64,000 nucleotides of DNA from Corallochytrium limacisporum Hawaii (Eukaryota > Protista > Pluriformea): positions 1 through 64,000 of the forward strand of contig PDIP01000078.1 in assembly GCA_002811645.1 (NCBI GenBank). The letters are read 5' to 3'. The stretch's first letter is position 1; every line of letters begins with the position of its first letter. Shown one piece after another: positions 31,106 to 42,408 of this stretch. The notes under the pieces were generated by a model that saw only the letters and a program-made list of their open reading frames with translations, was not told the origin of the DNA and searched no databases. A program made the position numbers and the translations under genes.

Positions 31106-33253
31106 ATGTCCGAGGAACGGAAATCGCACACAACCAAGATATCCGGGACGGCGCTTACGTCCGTGCTGCGCACCTACGGTGCACCGCTGGACGAAACTCA
31201 GCTGTGGTCGATCCTCTACGGATGTTGCCTTGGTCTATTGCGGGCCCGTCTTGCTGATGCATGGGACACAACCCTGGAACAGCGCGCTCTTTATGGATCG
31301 ATGACCCTGGTGGAACAGATCAATGAGAAGTTTGCCCAAATTAGTATGGGGGAAGGCGAATCGGGATCAAAAGAAGCGGAGAAAAATGAAGACAATGACG
31401 GGAGTAGGGACTCTTCATCACAATTCCCGCTCTACAAAGTACAGTACCCAGCGGAATGCATTGTAACTCCTGACCGTCTACTGCTCTCCGACGGAGGCGT
31501 GATCACGCCCGTTCCCGCTCTGAGTGGCGAGGTTACCCTTAGCTGTGACGGCGCCAAGGCCCAGTTTGCAGCCGAGGACTTTGTAAGCTTCCTGCCGGAG
31601 GAATTGATCAGCTGCTACGACGAAATTAGTGAGGGACAAGGGATCCAAAAGCCGTCGGACGCCACGGCACAGTTTCTCCTCGATGAACGCGTGCTCGACC
31701 CTTCCGCGCTTGCCGATGGTGATGCAGCATCGGAGGAACACCTGCGCCGTGCGGTTGCTCCGGAAGCGCTCGCGGTATTCAGCCTCGGGGCCACCGTCTT
31801 TGTGTGCGCAGATTATGGCTTGGAAGAGGATGAGGCGGCTTCCCTATCTGAGGCATTGGAGGGACTCCTAGAGGACATGACGGCCGAGGTCACGGAGCGA
31901 TGTGGGTTGTTGGACGTGCTCAGGGCCTGTACAGGCCATCTATACGGGTCGGTGGAATCAGCATCGGCAGAGTCCCCAATGTCAAAATCCTCGCAGTCGT
32001 CGTCGGCCTATGTTACACAGATCGATGCAATGATTCGCGATGTTAAAGAGCACCGTGCGCACGCGGTCGAAGCAGCCAAACGCGCAGTGGACATGTCCGC
32101 CGCTGAGTCCCAGGCTGGGGATCCACGGGAAAACTTGGTAGATCCGCAGCGCGCAAAACGTGAAACTTTCGGACTGCTCATGGCCGAGATCAGTTCACCG
32201 TGGAAGCCGACGTTGAAGGATGCATCTAAACGCGAACTGGCACCGGCCAAGGTCCAGTTTACGCCCCATGAGTTGCTCATGGCCGACATTCGGAATTTGA
32301 GGTCCCAGCGCCGTGGGCGGCGGGTCGGAGGCGTGGGCTCCGTGGGAGCCTTGGATAAGAATTCTGCCTCCGTTAGAGACAGTAACGACAGCGCTAAACT
32401 CAAACGGAGAGCAGCATCAGTGGGAGTACTTAATCTTGGACAGGGCTCGGGCTCGGGTGGAAATGGATCACCTGTGTCCAAGGGTAGCCCTACTCGATCT
32501 AAGCGCAAAATCAACTTTGACATACTATCCAATTCCTTCGCCGAGCTAAATGCTGTACGCATGGTAAGCGAACAGATTGGCGATGAGAACGTGGTTATGG
32601 ACCACGTCCTGGCAACACCGCAAAAGGCTGGAGTGACTGCCGGACGGATGCGGAGACGCCTGGCGCGGGCAAGGAATCGGAAATCCTTGCGGCGGCGAAC
32701 GGCCGGTGGGAGCACTGAAAGCCTTAGAGATGGTGCCAGTGTTGGTGGCTCTGCTCCAGGTGGAGGTGAGAGCCCAGGCACCCTCAGTGCTGCCGGTGGT
32801 GACTCTCCGCTGCGTCTCAACGGCGGCCGCAGTAGAGGTGGCAGTAGCGCCGGGCTTTTTGACCTCAGCGAGGGCCGTGACTCGAGCGGACTACTACACG
32901 GTGAAGTTTCCGTGGACTCGATGCCTCCGGTGCAGAATCTTGATGAACTGCACTTTGCCAACGTTGACACGGGCGAAGATTTGACCTTTGCAGAGATCCG
33001 GAACATTGAGAGTGTAGTGGCCAGGGCAGAGATTGAAGAACTGAGCGTGATGCAGCCGGAGTTAGTTGATCTAATCAGGGAGAAGGAAATGTGTGCACGG
33101 TGCATGACTACAAAGTTTACCAAGACGATCCGGGCCAAACAGTGCATATGCTGTGCCCTGTGGATTTGCACAGAGTGCATTGGCAAGCCGCAGAAGGATA
33201 TGCTTCGGAATGAGGTCGTATGTGTCATGTGCGATGGCAAGTGGTACTTTTGA
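31106..33253 (+). CDS. SPIRE: SPIRE-family actin nucleator (KIND, two WH2-like motifs, Spir-box, FYVE-type zinc finger)
   Basis: ATG at 31106. KIND: VLRTYGAPLDETQLWSILY...SLGATVFVCADYGLEEDE...LSEALEGLLEDM. WH2-like: FGLLMAEI...LK and FTPHELLMADIR. Spir-box: LTFAEIRNIESVVARAEIE. C-terminal CxxC-CxxC-CxxC-CxxC. Confidence 0.85.
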   Translation: MSEERKSHTTKISGTALTSVLRTYGAPLDETQLWSILYGCCLGLLRARLADAWDTTLEQRALYGSMTLVEQINEKFAQISMGEGESGSKEAEKNEDNDGSRDSSSQFPLYKVQYPAECIVTPDRLLLSDGGVITPVPALSGEVTLSCDGAKAQFAAEDFVSFLPEELISCYDEISEGQGIQKPSDATAQFLLDERVLDPSALADGDAASEEHLRRAVAPEALAVFSLGATVFVCADYGLEEDEAASLSEALEGLLEDMTAEVTERCGLLDVLRACTGHLYGSVESASAESPMSKSSQSSSAYVTQIDAMIRDVKEHRAHAVEAAKRAVDMSAAESQAGDPRENLVDPQRAKRETFGLLMAEISSPWKPTLKDASKRELAPAKVQFTPHELLMADIRNLRSQRRGRRVGGVGSVGALDKNSASVRDSNDSAKLKRRAASVGVLNLGQGSGSGGNGSPVSKGSPTRSKRKINFDILSNSFAELNAVRMVSEQIGDENVVMDHVLATPQKAGVTAGRMRRRLARARNRKSLRRRTAGGSTESLRDGASVGGSAPGGGESPGTLSAAGGDSPLRLNGGRSRGGSSAGLFDLSEGRDSSGLLHGEVSVDSMPPVQNLDELHFANVDTGEDLTFAEIRNIESVVARAEIEELSVMQPELVDLIREKEMCARCMTTKFTKTIRAKQCICCALWICTECIGKPQKDMLRNEVVCVMCDGKWYF

Positions 33254-34499
33254 AGGTAAACTACTACGGGTGAGGCTTCGTTTCCTTTGCGACCAACCGC
33301 ATTTAGTTGTAAGAAAACGTTCGTAGAGTGACATCAGACATTTAAACCCAGTGATGGGACAGTTGTGTTTTTCTTGTATTTGGTCTTCGGAGCGTTGTTA
33401 GCCCCTGGTCTCACAATGGCAACATACGCAGGCCCATACGCGTCCGCCATGACATCACCAGCGAGTCCGCGGCAAGCACACGAGCCGTCGCAGAGAGTGG
33501 GCCTGCTGCTCCTCCGTCCCTGCTCCGAGCATCGCCAGACCCGGCTTGGATACTCTGTACCTGCTTTTCCCTCCTTTGCCGTGCCGCACCAATAGCTTTT
33601 TAAGTGTCAGCGAAGCAAAAGCGTCAGGGCGGTATCCCCCCAAAAACTCTCCTCTTCCCCCCCCCACTGAGCGAGCCGTAAGTGTACCACTCTGCGCTTC
33701 AAAGCCCCGCGGTTGGGAAGGAGAAAAGGCACCAGACGGACACCCACCTCACCAGCAGCGGGAGGGGCGAGGTGGGGAATTGAAATGGAATCCCGCTTGG
33801 GGTTTGGGGGACCGGGGTCTGCTGGGAGACGGAGGGGGGGGGGGTGGAAATGAAAAAGAAGGCGCGAAAATTTCGTACACCCGCCGGGGTTGGTTTTCTG
33901 GTGGAAAAGCTGGGGGGGGGGGGAAGGGAGTCCCTTTTCTCTTTTTTCTGTTNNNNNNNNNNNNNNNGGGGGGGGGAAGGGAGTCCCTTTTCTCTTGTTT
34001 CTGTTCTTCTTTCACTCAGAACTTTGACTTGCTCGCTCTAAACTTGAGAAGTCCCCTCCCCTCCTGTCCCTTTCATCTGGGGCCTCGGTATCGAACATGA
34101 ACCATAGAGGGGGGTGTTCGGGTTTGGGATCAAGAAGGCGAGAATCCTCACACTTTGCCGGAGCAGAATGGTCGATAATTGGCGTTCGTTCGTGAAATGG
34201 GGTCTCACCCAGGAGACTCAACCCAACGCCCTGAATGAGCCACTGCAGACAGCGATGTCAGCCACCCATAATAGAGGGAAGCTGGGCAACGAAAACGTGC
34301 ACAAAGGGCTGTAGAGGTACTTTGGGAATACCAAGAGTCGCACGCCCACTACTCCATTTACAACTTGTAATATTCTTGTGTACACAAGGATTTTTGAGAC
34401 GAGAGAGTTCTCGGCACAACAATCGGATACCAAACATGAGCTCAGTGATTTAGTCGTCTTCTATTTGGTTTGAGTTGTGTCCCTCATCACTGGGGAAAG

Positions 34500-37400
34500 A
34501 TGCCAGTTCCAAGTGATGAAGGTGATCTCTCCGTGGCGAACAGACACTATCGTCGACGAAAGGTATCACCATTGCAGCAGCAGCAGCAGCAGAGGGCCTC
34601 AGAAGAAGCTGGATCCTCATCCTTGTCCAGTGCTGTACGTCTGGACCGCATCAGCACCCCGGATCCAACGCAGCACATCAGAAGCACAGGGGAAGCAGAA
34701 AGTACTCGACTAAGGCATCTTTATGCAATGAATGGAACTGATATTCTGGCAGACGGACTTGCCAGCGCACTTCAACAATTGAATGTGGGAGAACCATTCC
34801 AGGGGGACGACGCAGAGCAATTCTTCAATGCACCCATGTCGTCCGTACTGCGAAGTGAACCATGCGAAGAATACACTGGTTTCAATTTGGGAGACGTCCC
34901 GTCGGATCTTGGAGATGAAGATGCAGCTGACAATGAGGACATCGAACGGACTGGAAATCAGACGCGACTGACTGCAACAGATGCACACAACCGCAGCGTT
35001 GTACATGTATCTCAGGAATATGACATTCAGCGGTTCATTGACAATGATAACTTGCACAGGGCTGAGGACCGTGGCGGTGAACAAGATCAGGACTCAACAT
35101 TTGCCGCCCTACCAGAACCATCAATTGCACCGCCACAGAAACTTGCAACCAACCAGAGTGACCTTCAGCCATCCCAGATCACAACTGTAAAGCCTTTGAC
35201 ATGCTTCATCTGTTGCTATGCCATCACAGATCCAGGAATCACCAGGTGCTGCGTCCAAATTGCCTGTCTCATGTGCCTACATAGGTGGGTTGCGCAAGGA
35301 AGCGAGACCTGCCCTCATTGCCGCCAAACAATGAATTGTCAAGATTTGATTCGCCGTGAGGTTCCCGAGTGGGTTCGAGAGGTTGTATCCATGCTCAATC
35401 CTAAGACTTCACGACCAACAACAGCAGAAACCCCTCTGGTAGGGCAGATGGCGGTGCCCGTGACCGCATCAGCAGTAGGACAGCGGGACGAGGCGAGCAA
35501 CATTGCGAACGACTACACAAGAACTATAGCGACGTTCGCAACCACCATAAGCATTCCATCATCATCCAATCATGACCAACGACAACGGCCGACATGCAAC
35601 GGTGAACAGTCGCGTGGACAGTGCGCAAACCATCCGACAACGGAAGCACAGGTCTACTGCCATGACTGTCGGGTGGCGCTATGTCTGGACTGCGCATTAG
35701 GGATGCAGGCTGTCGCGAGCGTGGATTCCGATGACATCGAGAATGCTGCTGATAATGAGACAAACGGCCAACACCGTCACAACATCCGCACCCACGATGG
35801 CCACCGTCGCAGCCGGGTCGAGGACGCTGGCCGGAAAGCGCAAACCGCGCTCCAGCGGGCTATTGCCCAGGCGCGAAGGCGAGTGCTGGACATTGTGGGA
35901 GCACTGGATGACACAGAACGCCGGATGCGAGACCTTCAAGTCCACCAGAACTCCCAAATCCGAGAGGTGCAGGCCGTGGCCGACCATTCTATTCTTCGCA
36001 TGCAGCAGCTGGCTCTTCAGCGCATGCTGGAGATGGACTCAAGAGCACGGGAATTGAGGGCCGTTAAGGATGAGGTTCAGGACGTGCTCATTCGAATCGA
36101 GGACGAAGCGAGTATTTGTCCATGGAGTAGGCTGGCGGAGCAAGGCCCACGCCTGGAGGGAAAGATCCGAGCCATTCAGAGCCGCCTTCAAGACGTGAGT
36201 TCGCTAATAAACAATCGCGGACTGGAAATGGCACCGGGCTCAGAGGCTCAAGATCATCAACTGCGCGACCGGCAGAACGACGGTAGAACAGCCTACCACG
36301 GCAGGGATGCTTCGGCAGTCTTCGACTCTAATCCGCGCATGCCAAATGCCATTATTCCGGAGTTCAAACTGCAGTACCGAGGTGTGATGGCCAGCAATCT
36401 GTGTCTGCCTCTTCAGAACAATCTCTTGCACTTTGAGTTCTGTGGCATGCACTTTCAACTCATCTGTTCTGGCATCGATCGGCAGACGCACCGCATGACT
36501 TGTCATCTATCTCTGAGAGAAATGGTGGGCAAACTGCGCCTATCCGACGTCCTTGGCTATGATGTTGCTGTCGGCATGCACCCAGATGGCACTCGGTCCG
36601 CTGCAGCAGAGCATGCACAGCTCGCGCACCTGAATCCGGTGCCATTGAAACTCGAGTGGCAATGTGGTCTGACTGTGGATATCACTGTCCGACACTCGGA
36701 AACAGTCACAGGTCTGCAGAATAGCGTAGACAACAACGATTCACCGTCCCCGCCGGACACCGTGGAGAACGGAGTGGCCGGTGAAAACAACGGCCCACAA
36801 GCAAGGGCCACGAGCACAGCCGAAACTGAGATCATCCGGGAACGTATCGAAACGGTCACCCTCTCCCCCGTCCGTCGGGGCACCGTCATACTCACCGCCG
36901 ACCAGCAAGATATAGAGATTGAATTGGACGAGCCCCTACGCTTCGACGGACGTGCCTACCAATGCCTCGACGCTGAGGAGCACCTTTTCCGAGACAACCC
37001 GACTCTCTCTTTTGGCCTGCGTTTTCCTACGTTCCACGCCGAAGCCGAGTTCCTGCAGCGTCTCACCATCGCCCAGCGAACGCAGCTCCGAAGGCAGGGC
37101 CAGGAACTGCAGACTCTTCGCCACGCTCGCCGGCAAGGGTACTTTGATCTCGGTCCCGCCACCCTAACGCCGTCGCGAAATGGGCACGGACACAGCCACG
37201 CACCACCATCAGAGCACAGGTTCAACCAACGTGTGTTGGGCGACGTGGGCAATGCGCACATTCCCGAGGACTGGAACCTTGATCATGCGTGGTACTTGCA
37301 GGGTCCAGTGCGGCCGAGACCGCGACGGTATCATGCGGATGCAACGATGGCGATGACTGGCGATGATGAAGAGAGTACTCATCTGCGTGAAGGTGGCATT

Positions 37401-37598
37401 GGGTCCCACCGCGACGACCATGATGATTATGATGATGATGCTCATCGCTACGAGGTGCATCACGGTCAGGACTTGGATCACCGCAGAGACGATGTCATCG
37501 ATCGTCTTCGCCGATATCGGCAGCAGCAACAACAGTTGCTGTCGCAGTCACAGCTACGCACCCAGCAGAACACAAGTGAGGGTGTAGATTTTTGGTAG
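34500..37598 (+). CDS. TRIM37: TRIM37-like RING/B-box/coiled-coil E3 ligase with divergent MATH-like region
   Basis: ATG at 34500. RING: CFIC...CLMCLHRW...CPHCR...W. B-box: CANH...YCHDCRVALCLDC...HDGH. Coiled coil follows. IIPEF and LSFGLRFPTF resemble the segments flanking the TRIM37 MATH domain. Confidence 0.72.
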   Translation: MPVPSDEGDLSVANRHYRRRKVSPLQQQQQQRASEEAGSSSLSSAVRLDRISTPDPTQHIRSTGEAESTRLRHLYAMNGTDILADGLASALQQLNVGEPFQGDDAEQFFNAPMSSVLRSEPCEEYTGFNLGDVPSDLGDEDAADNEDIERTGNQTRLTATDAHNRSVVHVSQEYDIQRFIDNDNLHRAEDRGGEQDQDSTFAALPEPSIAPPQKLATNQSDLQPSQITTVKPLTCFICCYAITDPGITRCCVQIACLMCLHRWVAQGSETCPHCRQTMNCQDLIRREVPEWVREVVSMLNPKTSRPTTAETPLVGQMAVPVTASAVGQRDEASNIANDYTRTIATFATTISIPSSSNHDQRQRPTCNGEQSRGQCANHPTTEAQVYCHDCRVALCLDCALGMQAVASVDSDDIENAADNETNGQHRHNIRTHDGHRRSRVEDAGRKAQTALQRAIAQARRRVLDIVGALDDTERRMRDLQVHQNSQIREVQAVADHSILRMQQLALQRMLEMDSRARELRAVKDEVQDVLIRIEDEASICPWSRLAEQGPRLEGKIRAIQSRLQDVSSLINNRGLEMAPGSEAQDHQLRDRQNDGRTAYHGRDASAVFDSNPRMPNAIIPEFKLQYRGVMASNLCLPLQNNLLHFEFCGMHFQLICSGIDRQTHRMTCHLSLREMVGKLRLSDVLGYDVAVGMHPDGTRSAAAEHAQLAHLNPVPLKLEWQCGLTVDITVRHSETVTGLQNSVDNNDSPSPPDTVENGVAGENNGPQARATSTAETEIIRERIETVTLSPVRRGTVILTADQQDIEIELDEPLRFDGRAYQCLDAEEHLFRDNPTLSFGLRFPTFHAEAEFLQRLTIAQRTQLRRQGQELQTLRHARRQGYFDLGPATLTPSRNGHGHSHAPPSEHRFNQRVLGDVGNAHIPEDWNLDHAWYLQGPVRPRPRRYHADATMAMTGDDEESTHLREGGIGSHRDDHDDYDDDAHRYEVHHGQDLDHRRDDVIDRLRRYRQQQQQLLSQSQLRTQQNTSEGVDFW

Positions 37599-38146
37599 TT
37601 GTGGATAAGGAGACGGAGAGGGAGTGCGAGAGGGAGACAGTAGCCGCTCTACTCGGCCGCTCACGGAACGGACGAGACAATTTTGTTTTTGGGGCGACCT
37701 TAAATTGATGTTCGTCTGGGAAAAGAGGCGTGACTAGTTGGCGATCGTAAACCATATTTCTGTTTCTTTGCAGTCACACCCGACTGTACCTAGCGGTTTT
37801 TTTAGCTTCTTGTTTTCGCTTTTTTTTTTTAGACTTTCAGCTCATACTGCGTGAGCCACTCATGCAGCAAACTATACACAGCCACGCGTGCAACTGGAAT
37901 CTCATGACGGTTTTCATAGATGGCAGGGGTTTTGGTTTCTCTTGCTTCCCGCAGAGGATTTTCCCGCCACGGTGTCCCCGACCCTTGAGTAGGGCAACCG
38001 TAGCAAAGGGTGTTCATTTTCAATTTCTTAGCCGTGCTCGGCTACTTAAAACCGTTTGTCGAACTCAAACCGCGGCGTTGCACAGTTGATCATTGTTAAT
38101 CAAGGGACTATCAATAGACAAATTGCTCTTTGGACATCACTGAACC

Positions 38147-39040
38147 ATGGTGCAAGTTACAATCAAGAACGTGAAGGGTGACACCATTGCGACTGTCACT
38201 GCCGCGTTGACGGACACCATCGAGTTTACAAAGACCAAGCTGCAGCGTGAAAGCAACGGAAAGTACAAGCAGGTACGGACCGCGTTCAAGGTGACGCCCA
38301 AGGACAAGACCTTGAAAGACGATGTCAAGCTCAACACCCTCGGATCGGGCAAGACGCTCACCCTCTATCGCAAAGATCTTGGGCCTCAAGTGGACTACGC
38401 AACTGTGTTCTATACCGAATACGCTGGCCCCATGATTGTCTTTGCCCTTGTCGCATACTACTACCACACCCAGGTGCATCCCCTATTGTGGCAACAGAAA
38501 GTTCTTGCGGCCTGCTGGTGTGGTCACTATGTTAAGAGGATCTTGGAGACTAAGTTTGTGCATCGCTTCAGTCACGCCACCATGCCCATCTTCAACATTT
38601 TCAAGAACTCTGGCTATTACTGGGGCTTTGCCTTGATGGTCGCTATCCCGCTCATGCATCCCAATGTTACTCTGCCGGATGACAACCAGTTCTATGTCGG
38701 TCTGGTCGGTTTTCTGCTATGCGAAATTGGCAATGGTTCGATCCATTGGGCTCTGCGCAACTTGCGCCCCCCAGGTACAAAGGAACGCCGCATTCCCATG
38801 CCCACCGGCGATCCCTTCACCAACATGTTCACATTGACCACCAGTGCCAATTACACCTACGAGGTCGGAATTTGGATCAGCTTTAACATCATGTGCCCGT
38901 CCGTGTGGGGCGTTCTGTTTACTCTGGCCGGCTTCATTCAGATGCAGGAATGGGCTCGGAACAAGCACCGCATGAACAAGAAACAGTTTGGCGATGCTTA
39001 CCCCAAGAACCGCAAGGCTATTATTCCTTTTGTCCTCTAA
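38147..39040 (+). CDS. TECR: Very-long-chain enoyl-CoA reductase (TECR/Tsc13)
   Basis: 297 aa; ubiquitin-like N-terminus, KDLGPQV, EYAGP, HYVKRILETKFVHRFSHATMP, NIFKNSGYYW, NYTYE, RKAIIPFVL. Confidence 0.96.
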   Translation: MVQVTIKNVKGDTIATVTAALTDTIEFTKTKLQRESNGKYKQVRTAFKVTPKDKTLKDDVKLNTLGSGKTLTLYRKDLGPQVDYATVFYTEYAGPMIVFALVAYYYHTQVHPLLWQQKVLAACWCGHYVKRILETKFVHRFSHATMPIFNIFKNSGYYWGFALMVAIPLMHPNVTLPDDNQFYVGLVGFLLCEIGNGSIHWALRNLRPPGTKERRIPMPTGDPFTNMFTLTTSANYTYEVGIWISFNIMCPSVWGVLFTLAGFIQMQEWARNKHRMNKKQFGDAYPKNRKAIIPFVL

Positions 39041-39367
39041 GCGGGTAAAGTATACAGTCGGGCCCTTCTCCATTCATGATCAACGCCAGCACTCATAGTT
39101 CATGTAGCATTTTCTTGATCGCACCAATAGAACAACGTTCAGGTCTACCAGACAATCTACCCATCCCTGCTTTGTTTAACTAGATGTCCTTAGTTTGCTA
39201 GATTTATTTTTGTTCCTACGTTTTAGTTTCCGGTGTTCAAAAGAGTCTGTGCTTACGAGGAAGTACTGTCTCTTTCTGCCAAAAGGGGAATAGATGGATG
39301 GATGGAAATAATGGACTGAAGATCCCAAGGCAAGTGCGTACCAAGTAGTCATCAACAGATGTCAGAT

Positions 39368-40597
39368 TTACGACCGAATGTCTGGGAACTGTACATGAGC
39401 ACCCTTGCGGTCCTCATTTGAAATGGCATCACCATAGTAAACGTGCTTACGGTACATACGCAGGAACTTCAAGGCCGTGGCCTCCATAGTGTTCGGAGTA
39501 ATGCCCAAATCGGCAAATCCGGGCAGCGTAGGGTCTACTTCCTCGTCAAGCCCGTAACGAACACCCTGATCCCCGGAGTACATGGGCGTGTAGAGAGGGA
39601 TAGATCCCATTATTGATCCCATGGTCTGCACTGCAAACTCAGGAACGTAGTAGCACGCTTTCTTGCGCACAGTGGTGCGGGCCAAGTAATCGACAATCTC
39701 CTCCATGGTGTACGTCTTGGGTCCAACCAGCTGGTAGGTCTTACCGGGAGCGTCGGGATCGGTAATGGCATTCACAACACCCAGAGCCACGTCCAAAACA
39801 TGCACAGGTGCGCGCTTGACCATGCCACCTCTGACCAGCGGCACGCCTCCAGGACGCAAGAACCACTCTGCCAAGCTGTTCAGGTACTTGTCCTCATAGC
39901 CAAACATTGCAGAGGGCCTTATGATAGTGGCGGAGGGGTAGATGCTCTTGACAGCCTCTTCACCGTCGAACTTTGCACGGAACAGGGCACTAGGACTCTT
40001 AGCAGAGGCACCAAGGCAGGAAACATGGATCAGGCGCTGGACGTTGGGTGCCCGGGCACATGCCTCGGCAATGGCTTCAGCCGACCCGGCATTGGCCTGG
40101 TAAATGCTGAAGTTTCGCGTGTCAAAGTCACGCCCAATACAGTTGATCACCACATTTGAATGCTGAATGACCTTATCTATGCTATCAGCATCCCGAAGAT
40201 GGTAGTCTTTGAAGTGAACTTGCCCCAGGTCGCCCATGACACGCAGGCGACGGTATTCGTCCGGGGCGCTGCGCCTGGGAACGACGATTTGCGAGCCAAC
40301 CTTCCCCAATTTGGAGCAGATGTATCGACCGAGGAAACCATTGGCTCCGAATACAGTAACCGTCAGGCCAGACACAGAAGATCTCATTCCAGTACCTTTA
40401 CGCACCATAATGCCGTCGTCAGAGATCTGGGGAGTGACTGCGTTCTGTGGGGGAACCATAGGTGCACCGCTGTCAGAGGCGTAGCCACGGCTGCCGCTAC
40501 CGTTCATCATAACCAGTTGGAACGGAACCTGCGCCATGCCACGTGGCACAACGGTCCGTGCAGAAGTATACTGTGAGATGTTGCGCACTAAAGTCAT
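39368..40597 (-). CDS. NDUFA9: Complex I 39-kDa subunit NDUFA9
   Basis: 409 aa; GTGMRSSVSGLTVTVFGANGFLGRY, MGDLGQV, HSNVVINCIGR; Arg/Ser-rich presequence. Confidence 0.95.
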   Translation of the reverse strand: MTLVRNISQYTSARTVVPRGMAQVPFQLVMMNGSGSRGYASDSGAPMVPPQNAVTPQISDDGIMVRKGTGMRSSVSGLTVTVFGANGFLGRYICSKLGKVGSQIVVPRRSAPDEYRRLRVMGDLGQVHFKDYHLRDADSIDKVIQHSNVVINCIGRDFDTRNFSIYQANAGSAEAIAEACARAPNVQRLIHVSCLGASAKSPSALFRAKFDGEEAVKSIYPSATIIRPSAMFGYEDKYLNSLAEWFLRPGGVPLVRGGMVKRAPVHVLDVALGVVNAITDPDAPGKTYQLVGPKTYTMEEIVDYLARTTVRKKACYYVPEFAVQTMGSIMGSIPLYTPMYSGDQGVRYGLDEEVDPTLPGFADLGITPNTMEATALKFLRMYRKHVYYGDAISNEDRKGAHVQFPDIRS

Positions 40598-41628
40598 CTT
40601 CGTAGCCTTCGACCAAAACTACACTATACAACCCGCTTGCCTTTCAATAAACACGAACCCTGTAAACAAAACAATACCAGTGGATTCCTATTCAATCCAA
40701 CCCTTCTTTGTTTACTCTGCTTCCTTTATTTGTTAGGAACCGACTATGACGACAAATGTGTAATGCAAATTCGTGGTCCTCTCGGCACTTTCAAAGGAGT
40801 GCACTGATGGTAGATCGGTCCAGGTAATCTTGAAGAAGAAGTACCCGGCGGTTTCAAGTAGGTGGGGTTGATAACATCTAGAAATGAACTATCAACGCAT
40901 GTCACATTGACACCAGAAGGACATCGAAAAAAATTCTGACAGTTGTCCGAACAAAGAGACAGGTGAACTGCCATTTGTTTCTTTCGCGCGCCTGTGGTGG
41001 TCGGTCGATGCTCGATTCGTGGTCCAGACGCGCAGTGCGACTCGGACGAGACACTTCAGGCGGTGGTTTGGACCGTGAGTGACTCGACCCCACGCACTGA
41101 ACCCCCCAGCGGCGGACTGGGAGGGGGGGGGAAGGTTAGGAGTGATCTGTCCTCAGTCGACACTCCTGCTCCGCCCTGCCCTCCGCTCTCTGCTGCTCGC
41201 CCCATACGAAAACACAGTCAAAAACGGCAAAACAAAGGGGCAATATGGCAAAGAGCGGAAAGTAAAAGCGAGAGGGGGGGGGGGACCGAAAAGAACAGGG
41301 AGAATACCTGACCAGGTGTTTTTCCCCCGGGGCAAGAGAGAGTGTGTGTGTGTTTGGGGAAAGCGGGGGGAAGGTTTCCTTTGAGGTGCTGGTTTTCCCC
41401 TTCTCCCTGCCGTTGTTTTCTGCTGCTGGCACCCCCCCCCCTCTTTTGTTGAGAACCAGGAGTGCGAAGGGGATTGTTTTGTTTGTGCCCCTAGCGAATG
41501 TACTGGCCCAAAGGGGCGGGAGCACATGTGTATTCTATAGTAAACTTTGGTACGGCGTGTAATAACGGAAATATATACGGACCGTTTTATTCCTCCTTTG
41601 CTACATTTTGGGCCCCCTTCAGGCGCCA

Positions 41629-42408
41629 TTAGAGCTGCATCCTGTGCAACTTGGACCGCAAACGCTGTGAAGCTTTGGGCATGGTCTGATCAGTGATTGG
41701 ACTCCGAAGAGCCATGTAGAGTAGGCCAAGAAGACAGCAGATGGCTGCATCACTAGTCAGATTGGGCATGCTCAGGGTGATCAACAGGGGTCCCAGAACC
41801 ATGGGATGCCACACAGCCGCCTTGGTGTGACTGGCCATGGGCTCTGCGCTTTTCGAAGTCAGGCTCTGCAGAGCGGGACGTAGTCCTAGTACTTCAAGCA
41901 AGTCCATGATCACTAAACTTCCTAAACAAATGGCCAGACCCTTCAGGTAGACAACCGTTGATGCGTAGCGGAAATATGTCGATTCCATAGATCCCTTAAT
42001 CCCTTCGTCGCCCAGCGCTAATGCAAAGATGGGCCGCAGCGGGTGGTTGTGCACCTTCCACAGACAGCTTGTGAACAGGGGTTGCCATTCACTATAGATC
42101 CACTGCAGAGTCAGCGCCGAAGTCAAGTTGTACAGCGGTCGCGTGATGATGTCGCTAGCGTACCGTCCCACCAGACGCTTCCACAGATCCGATGCCATCA
42201 GAGAGTGCTGTATCACAAATGCAGTGATCAATGCGGTGTCGCGAAGCAAATGCTCTCGGAATTCAATAGCATTGCTGGGGACATTGTAGTGTGTGTCTCC
42301 TGCGACGACGGTCTGGAACCCTTTAACAATGATATGAAAGATCAGATGCGCTGTGTATGCCGTGGCGGCCAGCGCCAGCAGCGGCCAGAGTTGGAACGCA
42401 TTCCTCAT
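41629..42408 (-). CDS. NRM: Nurim-like nuclear envelope membrane protein
   Basis: First ATG at 42408; the ORF track starts at GTG 42432. FVIQHSLMA, RPLYNLTSALTLQ, WQP, DLLEVLG, HP; several TM segments. Confidence 0.75.
   Translation of the reverse strand: MRNAFQLWPLLALAATAYTAHLIFHIIVKGFQTVVAGDTHYNVPSNAIEFREHLLRDTALITAFVIQHSLMASDLWKRLVGRYASDIITRPLYNLTSALTLQWIYSEWQPLFTSCLWKVHNHPLRPIFALALGDEGIKGSMESTYFRYASTVVYLKGLAICLGSLVIMDLLEVLGLRPALQSLTSKSAEPMASHTKAAVWHPMVLGPLLITLSMPNLTSDAAICCLLGLLYMALRSPITDQTMPKASQRLRSKLHRMQL

Noticed and set aside
32008-33240. 410-aa antisense ORF within SPIRE
   Set aside because: Shadow frame of a GC-rich coding strand; no motifs.
33912-34006. Direct repeat of about 40 bp around the small gap
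   Set aside because: Contig-end overlap artefact.
38147-39040. TECR as a member of the lipid cluster
   Set aside because: Universal housekeeping gene 27 kb away, separated by seven unrelated genes.
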